From Botryllus schlosseri (lineage: Eukaryota), in contig CM119378.1 of the NCBI GenBank assembly GCA_051294905.1, positions 372,001-436,000 of the forward strand: a DNA stretch of 64,000 nt, read 5' to 3'. How positions within the stretch are numbered: the first letter of the stretch is position 1; each line of letters starts with the position of its first letter. The notes under the pieces are model-generated. The model did not search any database. It had not been told where the DNA came from and worked only from the letters and a program-made list of their open reading frames with translations. A program made the translations under genes and the position numbers. This document shows, in pieces, positions 1 through 11,886 of the stretch.

Positions 1-1020
1 GAAATATATCTCACTGGAAGTTCTAACATTTTTACCCCAATCGCCCCCTTGTTTCTCAAAATTACCCACTGGGGGTGATATCACCCACGTTGGGAAACAC
101 TGACGTAGTACAGGGCTACAGGCTGCGTACGTTAACCGAAATGACATATCTGTCAAGTCATAATCGACTCACCCACAGCATTGGTGCAAAGTGATATAAA
201 TATTTGATGAAATGATGCAGGTATGGTCGAAAAATACCAAATAATCTTCATGTGCTTGGTGTGGCCTACGTAGAGCTTGTATTATTTCCTTTGCGGTCGC
301 ATAGAAAGCACATTTTTGAACTTATCACATCATCCATAAGCACTTTTCGACGCCATAATGAGATATACTCTCCGTGTTTACAAGTAAAAGTGGCATTTTC
401 CAATAGATGCAAAAACTGCTTCAAGTAGAATAGAAAATGAAAGGCCCGAATGTGCATTACTCAAGTATATCTGGCATACATTTGATAGTAAATTAGAAGT
501 GGAATACTTTCGAAATAGCTATTCATCTTCGCGAAATCTTGGAAAATATATTCAGCAGCTGTCGTGATGGCTGTTACCCGCGGTTCTTATGATGATGTCA
601 CAATATAATTTCGCAAACAAAGCTACTTTATACGTTTCATAATCCAAAGCGTAAAATGTATGTAGCTTGATCTAAAAAGTGTTCAAGTCATAGTAGAAGT
701 AGTATCACAACAAAACCACCTGAGTAGACCGTGAAAGTAAGCTAAGATTACCATATTCCGAAATCCGATAAAGAAGACTCTTTTTACAAGTCGCGAAAGA
801 TGAAGTAGCATCCATTCATACGGGATATTTTACTGCTAATTTCGATGGAGTGGTTATAAAAAAGGTCAGTCTTCCGACTAAAGCCTAAAAACCCATCCCC
901 ACGTAGGATTGGTTACAGTTTACCTTTTATTATTGATTAATGATGACCTTTTTTTATTTATTTATTCAACACCACAGGAGTATCGTAAAATGTGAGTAAT
1001 TCGGGAGTCGAGGGTCAAAG

Positions 1021-2414
1021 TTATGACTTCTTTTTAGTCAGCACAGTATTGGTCGAAAAAATTTCAAAATCACTAGTTTTCTTTTCCAGTAATAGAGCTT
1101 TCAGAATTTTTGAAAAGTGTCTTCTTTTTCGGATCTCAAAATGTTGTAGCCATATAGTGATGGTGATTACAAAGAATACCGAAATCGAACCTGTAACAAA
1201 ACTCAAGGCTCCTCCCAACATCAATTTGCCTTTGCTGTGGCCGAAAAACCTCGCAATGACGATAACGGCAGTGAACGCGATGCACATAATCCCAAGTATC
1301 ACCAGAACGCTGATACCGACCGCCCACACTGAAAGAAAACAGTTGCAAGGTTAGCAGCCTACCGACAAAATTGGAAAACTAGAAATTTTCAGCTTTACCA
1401 AATTTCATTATAATTACAATGATAGCTACGCAGTTTTTTCGAATTATAGTTTAAAATTGTAATTACAGAATGTGCAAAAACGTGGAAATAGAATTCAATT
1501 CCGGACTTGGAAAGAAATACAACCAAAATAAAGTTCACATCATATCAAATCAGAGTTCATTCTCATAAGCATGGCAAAGTAAAATTACGTTACAATACGC
1601 CAAGGTTGATTCGCCTCGCACGATACAGCTCTATACTGTGGCATTTTCAGGAAAAGCAGATAGTACATTAGAATTAAAACGATAACATAGAAACATTTCA
1701 CAAATTTAGATTAGGATTAGATCAGGGTTATAGCCAAGTCACAAGGTTCCGAGTCACAAGTCCATATGACTTTTATATTTTTGACTCGAATCAAGTCGAG
1801 TCATTTTTCATTCACCACCATATCAAGTTCGAGTCAAGTCAAAAAGCAACGGGTCGAGTCCGAGCCATACTGTTCAGTATCGATTTCAAATCACGTATAA
1901 ATCCCTTCTGTGAAACTCGTGGCTGCTGGCATCGTAGGCCTCAGATACATATTATATAGTCATTTTTCTCACTCTAAGCTTGTTTATTCAAACGGATAAA
2001 AGTAATTTTCTGGGCCTAATTTTCAATTATCGGTCCTGTTATACGACACCTGAATAATTCAGCACGAGTCGAGTCATTTTCATTTTCAAGAGAATGACTC
2101 GAGTCAACGATGGATTGCGACTCTCGAGTCCGACTCGAGTCATGACATGGATTAGATGGCCTCATTTCGCTCTAATTAGTGTAATTCTAGTTGTCCAAGA
2201 GTCTGCTCATCGAAACGAGAAAAGTCTCACAAAGTACGGCTTTGGCTTCAACAGTCTTCGCTTCGTTATATTCCTCTAGGAATGTTTGGGTCCTTTCGCT
2301 CGACCAGCCCGAGGTTGCTATTGATATTACGGAGAACACGAGGGAAACAGCCAGCAATCCAGACGAGCCGATTAAAAACGGCTTTTCGGACATATCGCCC
2401 AACATGCCAGGCAT
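1021..2414 (-). CDS. Putative claudin/PMP22/EMP-like multi-pass membrane protein; exon 2414-2231 and an exon starting at 1328 (ends at a donor after 1191 or reads to stop at 1021); 3' structure uncertain
   Basis: Exon 1 MPGMLGDMSEKPFLIGSSGLLAVSLVFSVISIATSGWS (TM1 plus IAT-x-x-W motif) ends at a phase-1 donor T|GTGAGA. This joins in frame with acceptor ttctttcag| at 1328, giving LWAVGISVLVILGIMCIAFTAVIVIARFFG..GGALSFVTG (two more TM segments). Confidence 0.55.
1723..2150 (-). mobile_element. Degenerate copy of the GACTC-rich hAT-type MITE (CAGGGTTG family)
   Basis: Starts cagggttatagccaagtcacaagg, matching the reverse end of the copies at 35732 and 46614; many GAGTC/GACTC motifs. Confidence 0.6.
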
Positions 2415-2791
2415 GATCGCAACTAAAGTAGAATTATGTAACTGGACAAGAATGATCGGATTTACTTCGGCTATGTACATGTACAATGTATATGTACAAT
2501 GCACATCTTTTCCAATGGTAGGCAGATGTGATCTGATCACTGGTATACGTAACGAAGTATTTTTTTACTTTTTCGGAGTCCCCAAGCCTGCCTGCATGCG
2601 CTACTCGGTATCAGTATATTAATGATTTCATCAATTCAAAACACCACAAGATTGGGATGCAAGGAAAATATATAGGAATGTGTCCAAACGACTTGGAGTA
2701 GTCCTTGAAATCAGACACCCACCTCGGCCCAGGCGATGTAAAGAGGAGGTATGCATATTGCACACTTACGGAACCGGGTAATGTTTTATGT

Positions 2792-2876
2792 TACTTCCGC
2801 TTGCATTCAAACAGCTTTTACGCAAAACGTTCGTATATAGTTTTGCGTAAAAGCTGTTCCAATGCAAGCGGAAGTA
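2792..2876. repeat. 85-nt hairpin (37-bp stem, 2 mismatches, 11-nt loop)
   Basis: tacttccgcttgcattcaaacagcttttacgcaaaac ... gttttgcgtaaaagctgttccaatgcaagcggaagta. Confidence 0.85.
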
Positions 2877-3982
2877 TCCATATGCATAGGCCGCTATGGT
2901 TGTCGAAATATAGAAATTAGTCTTTAGAAAAGACTGCATAACGTTTATGGGTGAAGACGTCACTTTTCATCGTTTCTTTCAATTGAAGTAGTTTTTAGAT
3001 GTCCGGGCGATTGAGACATGTACTATTGCAATTGAGTACTTCTGCTTCTACTTGAGTAGATGGGCACAATTTTCGGTGGTATATCACGAATTTAGCACCA
3101 TCGTGAGAGATATTAACCATAGTGAGGCAGCCTTCCGAAAGTATAATCTATAATACCCGATCGGCAGCTATTATAGATTGAGCCGTCAAATGAAAACAGC
3201 TATAAATGACATGTCTGTTCGTGCAATTCTTGCTCATTCATCGCTCTAATTCCAACTTGCAGCCTGTCAAACGATAATCGTTATGTGGAGATTAGGAAAC
3301 CTTCATCAGTATATGAGCATCATTATACTGCTGTACTACTGAATATCCTGATCTCTACAGTCATACATCGAACATAAAGGAAGCAGCGATTCCGATTGGC
3401 AAAACATAAACTGTATTACAACAATACGTAGGGCCTTGGGCGATGCCTCGCCCACTCTAGTGGTTCAGCATCGTTGAACATAAGCTTTTCGGCAAAATCT
3501 CGAGACATTCCTGCTAAACGCTCAAGCGGCGTTTCTGAAAATGAAACAAGTCGAGTCGATTCTTTTTCCAAGTCTTCGCGCGGATTTTAGTCACCGTTGC
3601 TGGCTTCGACGTCTGTCCGATTCTTACCTATAGAGGAAATCTTTACGACATCACGCATCCCAATTCTCCTCAAATCATGCAGTCTACTAAATCAAACTCA
3701 TCACAGTTCCCCTGTCGCTTTTGATTCTGCTCATATACTATATTCATTTTTTATTGAAATCGAAGCCACAATATAGGGTGTTCTCTGCGGGATTGCTGCC
3801 TGTAAAAAGGTCCTTTGGCCGATCCAAAAACGTTAAACTCATTGTTAATAAGGCTCGTAACGGGCCGTGATGTGCAATCAACGATGCACTGTAACCAAAA
3901 AATTGGTGTTCTAAACGTACGAGATATGGAATCTATAAAAAGCCAAGTTTATGTGTGATTCCATTGCAGTCACTACACTAAC

Positions 3983-4264
3983 ACTGTTGCCCTACCTCGC
4001 CCAGACATTGCTTCATTGATCATTTGCTACCATTTTTTAATTTTTTTCTATTTTCCTTTCCTAACTAAACACTTTTTTACAGCCAGACTGTTCTGAGTCA
4101 AGTGTACCTGTTTGATGCTGGTGTGATCAGACTAGATGACCTTCACGGTCTTATCGATCATTCCTATCTAATACCGAATACTGTGTACGCATATTTTCTG
4201 TACCACCATCACTGCCGTTTGTTATGTATTTTGGTTCGATGAAAAATAAAGACTCTCTCTCTCT
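3983..4264 (+). mobile_element. 3' end of LINE family B with (CT)n tail
   Basis: Ends aataaagactctctctctct; inverted near-copy of 4382-4670 and of 41041-41285. Confidence 0.7.
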
Positions 4265-4381
4265 ATCCTGCAAAACTCATCAACTTCTTCACTTCGCGGG
4301 ATCAGCGCATAAGTAAAACACACGCGCGTGTCCTCGTCGTCCGGTTTGGATGAGGCTAGATAATATCGGGTAGCGTTTTGG

Positions 4382-5035
4382 AGAGGGAGAGAGGGGTCTT
4401 TATTTTCATCCAAGCAAAATACATAACACACGGCAGCGGTGGTAGTACAGAAAATATGCATGGACAGTATTCGGTATTAGATAGGAATGATCGATAAGAC
4501 CGTGAAGGTCATCTAGTCTGATCACACCAGCATCAAACAGGTACACTTGACTCTAAACAGTCTGGCTGTAAAAAATGTTGCGGTAGTTAAAAAAAATAAA
4601 ATAGAAGAAAAATTAAACGATGGTAGCAAATGATCAATGAAGCAATGTCTGGGCGAGGTAGGGCAACAGTCCAGATCATCATCATCATTGGTTTATTAGC
4701 AATTTTATCAGTTCAATACACCACAAAAATGCAACAGTGTTAGTGTAATGCAACAGTGTTAGTGTTAACAGTGTTAGTGTAAGGACAAGAGGGGATCAAG
4801 TAGGGCTTTTTTGAATCTATTATAAGGCAATTCACGGATATGTGGTGGTAATGCATTCCAGATGATAGGTCCCGAGTAGTAGTAGTAGTAGTTAGGTTGC
4901 TATTGGGTGGGGGGTAAGTAGATATTTCCTTTAGACGAGGATCTCGTGTAATGGGAGTGGACATTTTTAGCATAGGCATGAAAAAGTCATCAAACACAGG
5001 AGGCAAACTATTGGAAAAATATTTGTGAATGGAGT
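4382..5035 (-). mobile_element. 3' fragment of LINE family B (degenerate ORF2 C-terminus, 3' UTR, (CT)n tail) carrying a short family-A tail fragment at ~4675-4735
   Basis: Minus-strand frames give LPPVFDDFF..VHSHYTRSSSKGNIYLP..IWNALP, typical of CR1/L2-group ORF2 C-termini; related copy at ~59916-60210. Confidence 0.7.
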
Positions 5036-5404
5036 TTAGCTTGTGTAATGGATCTTTGGTTATTTTGAATGACTATGCTATCATTATTGTCGGTATTTGC
5101 GTACCCCTTACGAATTATCTGCATGTATGGCGTACCCCGTAGAACAAATATTGTATAAAGTGTGCGCAATTGTACGAAAAATCACATATAAGAATTTTCA
5201 CTTTCAAACTCTTGACGCTACTCCGCCAGTAAGTCTGCTATTATTGATTTTTTTGGAATGCGTAAATTATCTCACGAAATTTATTCTTAATCATGCACAT
5301 GTATACAATTGCGCAATGCGCATGCATGAAAAACCTTGCTCACAAAAGTCACAACTGGGTGGAGAGAAAACGCAAAAGACTGTGCACATTTGTCGACACT
5401 TCTA

Positions 5405-5618
5405 GATATGCGAGAGAGAGATGACTAGATGTCCCCATGAGGTCATCTAGTCTGCGCCCCCGTTTTTTCTCTTCCGTGCTATCCGTGATTGCTGATCGCC
5501 TAGCAGGATAGCTGCGGTTACCAGTCTTCGAGACTTTGGTATGACCCGTCCAGGGATCGAACCCACGACCTACCGCTCGAGAAGCCGGACGCACAACCAT
5601 TACACTATCTCGCTCGGT
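5405..5618 (-). mobile_element. tRNA-derived SINE (possibly Meta-domain type)
   Basis: Minus strand: A box tagtgtaatgg, B box ggttcgatccc, then gggtcataccaaag..ctggtaaccgcagctatcctgctaggcgatcagca. The family assignment is from recall only. Confidence 0.7.
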
Positions 5619-5762
5619 GCGACATTGTCATACTATACTAGTTCTATAAACTATAACCTGCTCATCATTGTATGATGTACATTTTTGTACATGAAAAAAC
5701 ACTGAAGATTGCAATAGCGCCAATTGATCTTTACAACTGTTCCTCTATGATTATTATACCTT

Positions 5763-6129
5763 CATCATCATTGGTCTATTAGCAATTTGATCAGTTCAAT
5801 ACACCACAAAAATGCGATACAATGAAAAGACAGGAAGATGTCGAAGCGACTTGGAGTAGTCTATGGAGTCAGACACCCTCCTTGGCCTAGGCGATGTAGA
5901 GAGGAGGCATGCACACTGAATGAAAGTAAAGAAGATAGTATAGAAATAAACTACAAGAAATCGGGCGGCATGTCATGGGAAGCGAGATGGATAGGTCAGT
6001 CGTGGTCCGGTAATCTTGAGGATGGACTGTATTTATTTAGTAGTAATTGCTTGTATTTCGACTTGAATGTGGACATGCTCGTCGACTGTCGGATGGCCGG
6101 CGGGATACTGTTCCACACATCAGGTCCGG
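5763..6129 (-). mobile_element. 5'-truncated 3' end of LINE family A with (GAT)n tail
   Basis: Reverse complement of ~11468-11840 (ORF2 end ..[12 protein letters not shown] plus 3' UTR). Confidence 0.9.
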
Positions 6130-6219
6130 GTCTTCGGGTCTTTCTTTTATTATCGACACAGGGAAAGAGGGGCCCAGATAACCTCCAACTGATATTAGCT
6201 ACCGCTGGAATTCACCACC

Positions 6220-6545
6220 ATCATCATCATCATCGTTTCATTTAAATGTTCATCAAATCAAAACACCACAAGATTGCGATATAAGGAAAAGATAAGACGA
6301 TACCTACACGACCAAGCGTAGTCTTTTTAATCATATACACCCATCTGGGCCTAGAGCTGAGTAAGGCATTTAAATAAGAGGCATGCACATTGCACACTGA
6401 ATCACATCAAAGGTCACGAAAATGAATGAGGCATATGTCGGTAGGCGAGGTCGAGATGTCAGATTGTGATCCAGTAATTTTGAGGGCTGACTAGTTATCA
6501 TTAAGTAGAAATTCTTTGTTTTCGACTTGAATGTGGACACTGATG
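6220..6545 (-). mobile_element. Diverged LINE 3' end related to family A; smaller fragments at ~2620-2765, 11900-11970, 12380-12470 and 23005-23085
   Basis: (CAT)n tail plus shared motifs caccacaagattgcg, gaggcatgcacattgcacactg and ttcgacttgaatgtggac. Confidence 0.6.
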
Positions 6546-6764
6546 GACATCAGGGCTATTCAAAAATGACATTTTTTCAAATTGTACTGGCTATTATACT
6601 ATCGAATGTGACTTGATAAAATTGTTAGGTTACCTAAAAACGCTGCACACCAATATTGGTGCAATTCCAACCTATTGATGCATTGACATAAGAGGAAAAA
6701 GTTTAGGATTTATTTCATAAAAATAAAAAATTACTGGCTACCCCATGAAATTGTGAGGTTAGAT

Positions 6765-7314
6765 TATAGATAACTAACCTACGGATAGATACGCAACACC
6801 CGTCGTCACGCTTGCTTGCTCGGTGGAAATTGCTTCTCGGCAATCTGAACGCAACGTAATTGACAATCGCATAGCTGACGAACCGAGCGCTCAAATTAAA
6901 TGAAGTTGATCTTATTGGAAAGCTACTGCCGCGCTGAATCTAAAAATATACAATAAACATTCACCAAGGCAATGGAACCAGCCCGCAATAGCCTTCAAAG
7001 TCTGAAAATCGGCATTGTTTCAAACAATTGGAGCGACGCAGTACAATGACCATAACTATGACCCTTGCGTGGCTGCAATGCCAAGGTGTATTTCGAGGGG
7101 TTTCCGTTGCCCTGATCAGATTTTAATGTTTATTTTCGGAATCAGTGCGACAGTAGCTTTCAAATAAGATCAACTTCATCCAATTTGAGCGCTCGGGTCG
7201 TCAGCTTTGGGATTGGCAATTACGTTGCGTTCAGATTGCTGAGCAGTAATTTCCTCCGAGCGAGCAAGTGTGACGACGGGTGTTGCGTATCTATCCGTAG
7301 GTTAGTTATCTATA
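6765..7314. mobile_element. P/Galileo-like foldback MITE, ~195-bp TIRs, 7-bp TSD
   Basis: Ends tatagataactaacctacgg ... ccgtaggttagttatctata; flanks gttagat / gctagat. Confidence 0.8.
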
Positions 7315-8078
7315 GCTAGATGCACAACAAATTTGGCTCAATTCCAACCAACCGGAAGACGAGATTGATAAGTCTGGTAAACTAGAGCGCTAGAGGCGTC
7401 GTGGTGAGCGGACGCGTTTTCAGCGCTCCCGTAATGTAGCTATGATAATTGTCGAAAATCCAGGATTCTAGAAGACAAGAAGTCGATTTATCTAGTTAGA
7501 TAGACAGAATTTTCACCAACCAAATTGATACACCAACGATACAGCAAGAAAATCGGTTGAAGACGCAAAAAGTTTGATGAACTGGATATATCATTTGGAA
7601 ATAGGATATCAAGACTGAACAGAACTGTGGTTGCTACATCGGGAAATTTGCCATTGGCTGCAATACTTCACCAACCGTCAGACAATCAATACCGATTTGG
7701 ACCCAGCTTCGCCAACCGTTGGACAAAATACATAGCAATTTTGAACCGAAACTCTACTTGATATTATTCATCCAAAGGTTTGGTGCTAATATATTTCGAT
7801 ATATGCTACTGTAAAATCGCTATTTGTAGCGCTATTGTAGCGCTCTTCGCCCACATAATTGGATTAAGCCAGTGTGGCGTGACGCGAATCGAACTGCGCG
7901 AACGCATAAGTATCTCCATTCACTGACAAGCTAACATGGAAATTTCGGTCAACTCGGAATCATGACGAATAAGAATAGTTTCCCACTGATCAGAAAGTGT
8001 AACTCAATATCGATCAACGAGACGGCATCAATTCTGCAAGCCCCGAAGGGTAAACAAATTAGTTTGATTCATAGTGTA

Positions 8079-8447
8079 GAGATAGTGTAGTGGTTACGAT
8101 AAGCGCCCAGCACGCAGGAGAACCGGGTTCGATTCCCGTCGGAGGTTTATCTGGGCTCCTCTTCCCCCGCCGTTGCCGTTCTTACGGCGACAAAAAAGCC
8201 CAGTAGAAGACCCGACGAAAGAAAGTACTCACAAGGAATGGAAAGAACTAGTAGAAAAGGACCCGGCTTCAAAGAAGATCAACATCGAAAAGAACTGTAA
8301 CATCGGGCACTCTAGGCCGAGGTGGATGTTAGAGTAAAGGATCGCTACTGATGCGTGTCGTTCGACATCCTCCTATCTGTTCATGACATCGCATTGTGTC
8401 TTATCGCATTGTACATTGTGTGTGACTTGTTCAGATAAAAATAATAA
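8079..8447 (+). mobile_element. tRNA-derived SINE with a LINE-A-like 3' tail
   Basis: A box tagtgtagtgg (8083-8093), B box ggttcgattcc (8126-8136), core gtcggaggtttatctgggctcct. The tail ctaggccgaggtggatgt..gtcgttcgacatcctcct..cgcatt resembles the LINE-A 3' UTR (11709-11825). Confidence 0.75.
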
Positions 8448-8459
8448 CCCAACATTGTT

Positions 8460-11400
8460 ATGTTATGTTATGTTCATACAAATATCAGAGGATTGCAATC
8501 TAATTCCCACCATGATGAGTTAAAAGACCTTATCGTTGACCTGAAGTCACCTACCCTCGTAGCAATTTCAGAAATAAACTTTTCAACCAAACCCACGCAA
8601 AACGTTGATATATCGGGCTACAACTTCGAGTATACTCCGGCACCGAAGTCAAAGAAATCTTACAGAGGTGTTGGTCTTTACATTGAAGAAAAAATTCCTT
8701 ACGAAATTTGCACGGACTACGATCTGAATGTCAAAGATTGCGAAGAGCTATGGCTGGAAGTTGATCACCCAATTGGAATTCACAAATCTTTTCTTGTGGC
8801 CGTATTATACCGTCATCCCACGAAAAACATGAACCAATTCGCAAAAGCGTTGGAGCGCTCACTGGACAAAGTCAACAGCGACAAAAAGATGTGTTTCATT
8901 GCGGGAGATATTAACATAAACCTTCTAAAACACAAAGGCAACGCATACTCCAACGCCGTCAAATCCGCCGGTCTCTACCAAATGATCACCGAGCCTACAC
9001 GCATAACCGAAAAGTCAAGAACTTTGATCGACCACATATATACCAACTCGCGCGACATGGAAATCATTCCATTTGTCATTTCGGCAAAAATCAGTAACCA
9101 CAACCATATTGGTTTTCTATCACAAGAACAACAAAGGACACCCCCCGAAACATATCACCTCTGCAGACGACGAGAGTTAGTGGACGAAGAAGCGCTCGAT
9201 GATGCCGCATTCAATCAATTTAAAACATCAGCCATCCCCCACATCTCCGTAAACAACTTTGACGAAAAATTTGTATAGTTTATGTCTGCTATCAAATCAC
9301 TGCTGGAACAATTTGCACCTCTACAGCGCCTTTGATTCAACTTATCCGTAAACGTAACCGGTGGCATAACCGAATAGACACCAAGAACTGCCCAGAACAT
9401 GAACGAGAAAGATTTCGACGTTTCAGGAATCGCATCGTGCATCTCATTTCCAAGGCAAAAGCAAAGTACAATGAGAGATTTTTCAACAGACACATAAAGG
9501 ACACTCGAAAAACATGGTCAGGACTTAACTCTCTCCTACATCGAAAACAAGGTCATAAGTCTGTTTCGGAAATTGTGAATTCGGATACCGGAAACAAACT
9601 TTCAGACCCGGCGGCCATCGCGAATCACTTCAATGAATATTTTTGTAACGTAGGCCCAAATATTGCTTCTTCTATTACAAAACCTGTGTCGGCCAGGTCA
9701 GAGGTGAGATCGATATCCCAGTCAATTGTGCTTGAACCTACGACCAAATACGAAGTAGAAGTAGCCATCCACAAACTGAAATCGCACAAGGCCGACGGCT
9801 ATGACCAAATCCCATCATGGTTTTTAAAAATGATAAGCCTGCATATAGGTCAATATATGGCCCATTTTTTCAACTTCATGATAGAAAATGGAGTCTACCC
9901 AAGCTATCTAAAAAAAGCCAGAGTAGTCCCTGTACACAAAGCTGGGGATAGAACTAATGTCACCAACTACCGTCCGATATCCGTTCTCCCATGCATCGGG
10001 ATTGTATTCGAAAAGTTGCTCCTCTCCCGCCTGTCCTCATTCCTCGCCAAAATGTCTGTCATTTCCCCTCAACAATTTGGCTTCCGAAACAAACACCAAA
10101 CCGCTCATGCCCTCCTAACAGTGGCCGAACAGTACTATGATATCTCAGAGAAGCGAAATGTGGGATGTAGCATTTTCTCGACCTAAAAAAAGCGTTTGAC
10201 TGCGTAGATCATAAAATTCTCATCTCCAAATTGGCGCGTTACGGACTTCGGGGCCCACAACTTGAGCTCATGAAAAGTTACCTCACTGGACGCCAACAAA
10301 TGGTTGCGATCTCAGACACCTTGTCCTCTCCTCACCCGGTGACCTGTGGTGTGCCCCAGGGCTCAGTACTGCAGTAATACAATGGTATGTGTCCCTGGTG
10401 AGTAGAAGTATAGCTAACCAAAGTATTATATAGGGTTAGCTGGCTGACTACTTAACCTGGAATCCTGTACTGTATCCTGGTGAGATCTTCTTAAGACGCC
10501 GATATACGCAAGACATACGAATATATTCAGACTTTGTTACAAGTAGGTTTAGCAAATGAGTCTCCTGATCCGAGAGAATCAGTGGTTTTATACTAGAGGC
10601 AAATTACTCTAGTACAGGATGTCTCTCGGTTACGAGATATATACATTTCATGGTTGAACGACAACAGGGATCTGTTACAGTACTTGGACCGGTCCTTTTC
10701 ACCTTATATGTCAACGACATTTTTGAAACCTCCTCATTAAACACCACACTGTTCGCTGATGATACTCACCTCCTCTCTTCCGCATCTTCGACGGCAGAGC
10801 TGGATGCCCTGACTGGTGACCAAATGCCCAAAGTCCATGAGTGGACGGCCCAGAACAACCTTTGCATAAACGCCTCGAAATCGCAATTGCTGACAGTAAA
10901 TTTAAAAAATAACCTAACCGTTAATATCGCTGGTCAGCCCGTTTCCAACACAGATAATGCCAAATATCTCGGAGTTTTACTGGACTCGAACATGTCCTGG
11001 AAGAGTCATATTCAGTCCCTAGAAACTAAATTATCACCGAAGTGCGGCCTGTTCTACAGCCTTGGGCGCTTCATGCCAGCATGGGTTCTTCTGATACTCT
11101 TTAAATCCTTAATCCAATCGAAGTTACATTATGGCATCCTCTGTTGGGGGGGCTGCCAGTAAAACTGCACTCAAGCCACTGCAGAAACTACAGTATAAAG
11201 TACTCCGAATCATAGCTAGGGCTCCAAAGGGGCCTGGCTGCCCATCCAATAAGTCGCTGCTGAAGAGATTTGGCGTCCTAAACATAGAAGATATGCGGAA
11301 ACTAGAAATCGCCAAGTTTATGTATCAGTTTCACTGCGGTCGTTGCCCCGAATATTTCAATGACTTCTTTACCTCTGAATCAAAAGCGCACAAGTGCAAC

Positions 11401-11846
11401 ACACGCGCGTCCACGTCGTCCAAATATCATATGATCGACCGAAAAGATCATCGCTCCATCAAATATGCCGGACCTGATGTGTGGAACAGTATCCCGCCGG
11501 CCATCAGACAGTCGACGAGCATGCCCACATTCAAGTCGAAATACAAACAATTACTACTAAATAAATACAGTCCATCCTCAAGATTACCGGACCACGACTG
11601 AGCTATCGATCTCGCTTCCCATGACATGCCGCCCTATTTCTTGTCGCATTCTTTTTCTATACTATCTTCTTTACTTTCATTCAGTGTGCATGCCTCCTCT
11701 TTACATCGCCTAGGCCAAGGTGGGTGTCAGATTCCATAGACTACTCCTTGTCGCTTCGACATCTTCCTGTCTTTTCATTGTTTCGCATTTTTTGTGGTGT
11801 ATTGAACTGATAAAATTGCTAATAAACCAATGATGATGATGATGAT
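8460..11846 (+). mobile_element. LINE family A (CR1/L2/Crack group), near-complete ORF2 (APE endonuclease + RT), pseudogenised
   Basis: EN motifs NIRGL, GVGLYI, YRHP, GDININ, PTR, IDHIY and SNH (usually SDH). RT motifs NYRPIS, QFGFR, DLKKAFD, GVPQGS, LFADD, YLGV. Stop at 9276-9278, frameshifts near 9331, 10178 and 11150, a 310-bp insertion, and a (GAT)n tail at 11831-11846. Confidence 0.95.
10370..10679 (-). mobile_element. Solo LTR (310 bp) inserted in the LINE RT
   Basis: TG...CA ends and 4-bp TSD gtac (10366-10369, 10680-10683). Absent from the homologous site of the second LINE copy (~40780-40800). Minus strand begins TGTAACAG and contains a TATA-like gtataaaa. Confidence 0.75.
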
Positions 11847-11850
11847 AGCT

Positions 11851-11886
11851 TATAGATAACTAACCTACGTAGGTTAGTTATCTATA
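11851..11886. mobile_element. 36-bp perfect palindrome made of the TIR tips of the 6765-7314 family; putative excision footprint
   Basis: tatagataactaacctacgtaggttagttatctata flanked by the exact 7-bp direct repeat gatagct. Confidence 0.8.

Noticed and set aside
8079..8140. Functional tRNA genes (also 5545-5618, 58340-58406, 61720-61790)
   Set aside because: A/B boxes are present, but no convincing cloverleaf or immediate T-run terminator; each continues into a SINE body.
10650..10680. N-terminus MVERQQGSVT of ORF 10650-11162
   Set aside because: Derived from the solo LTR; not part of the RT.
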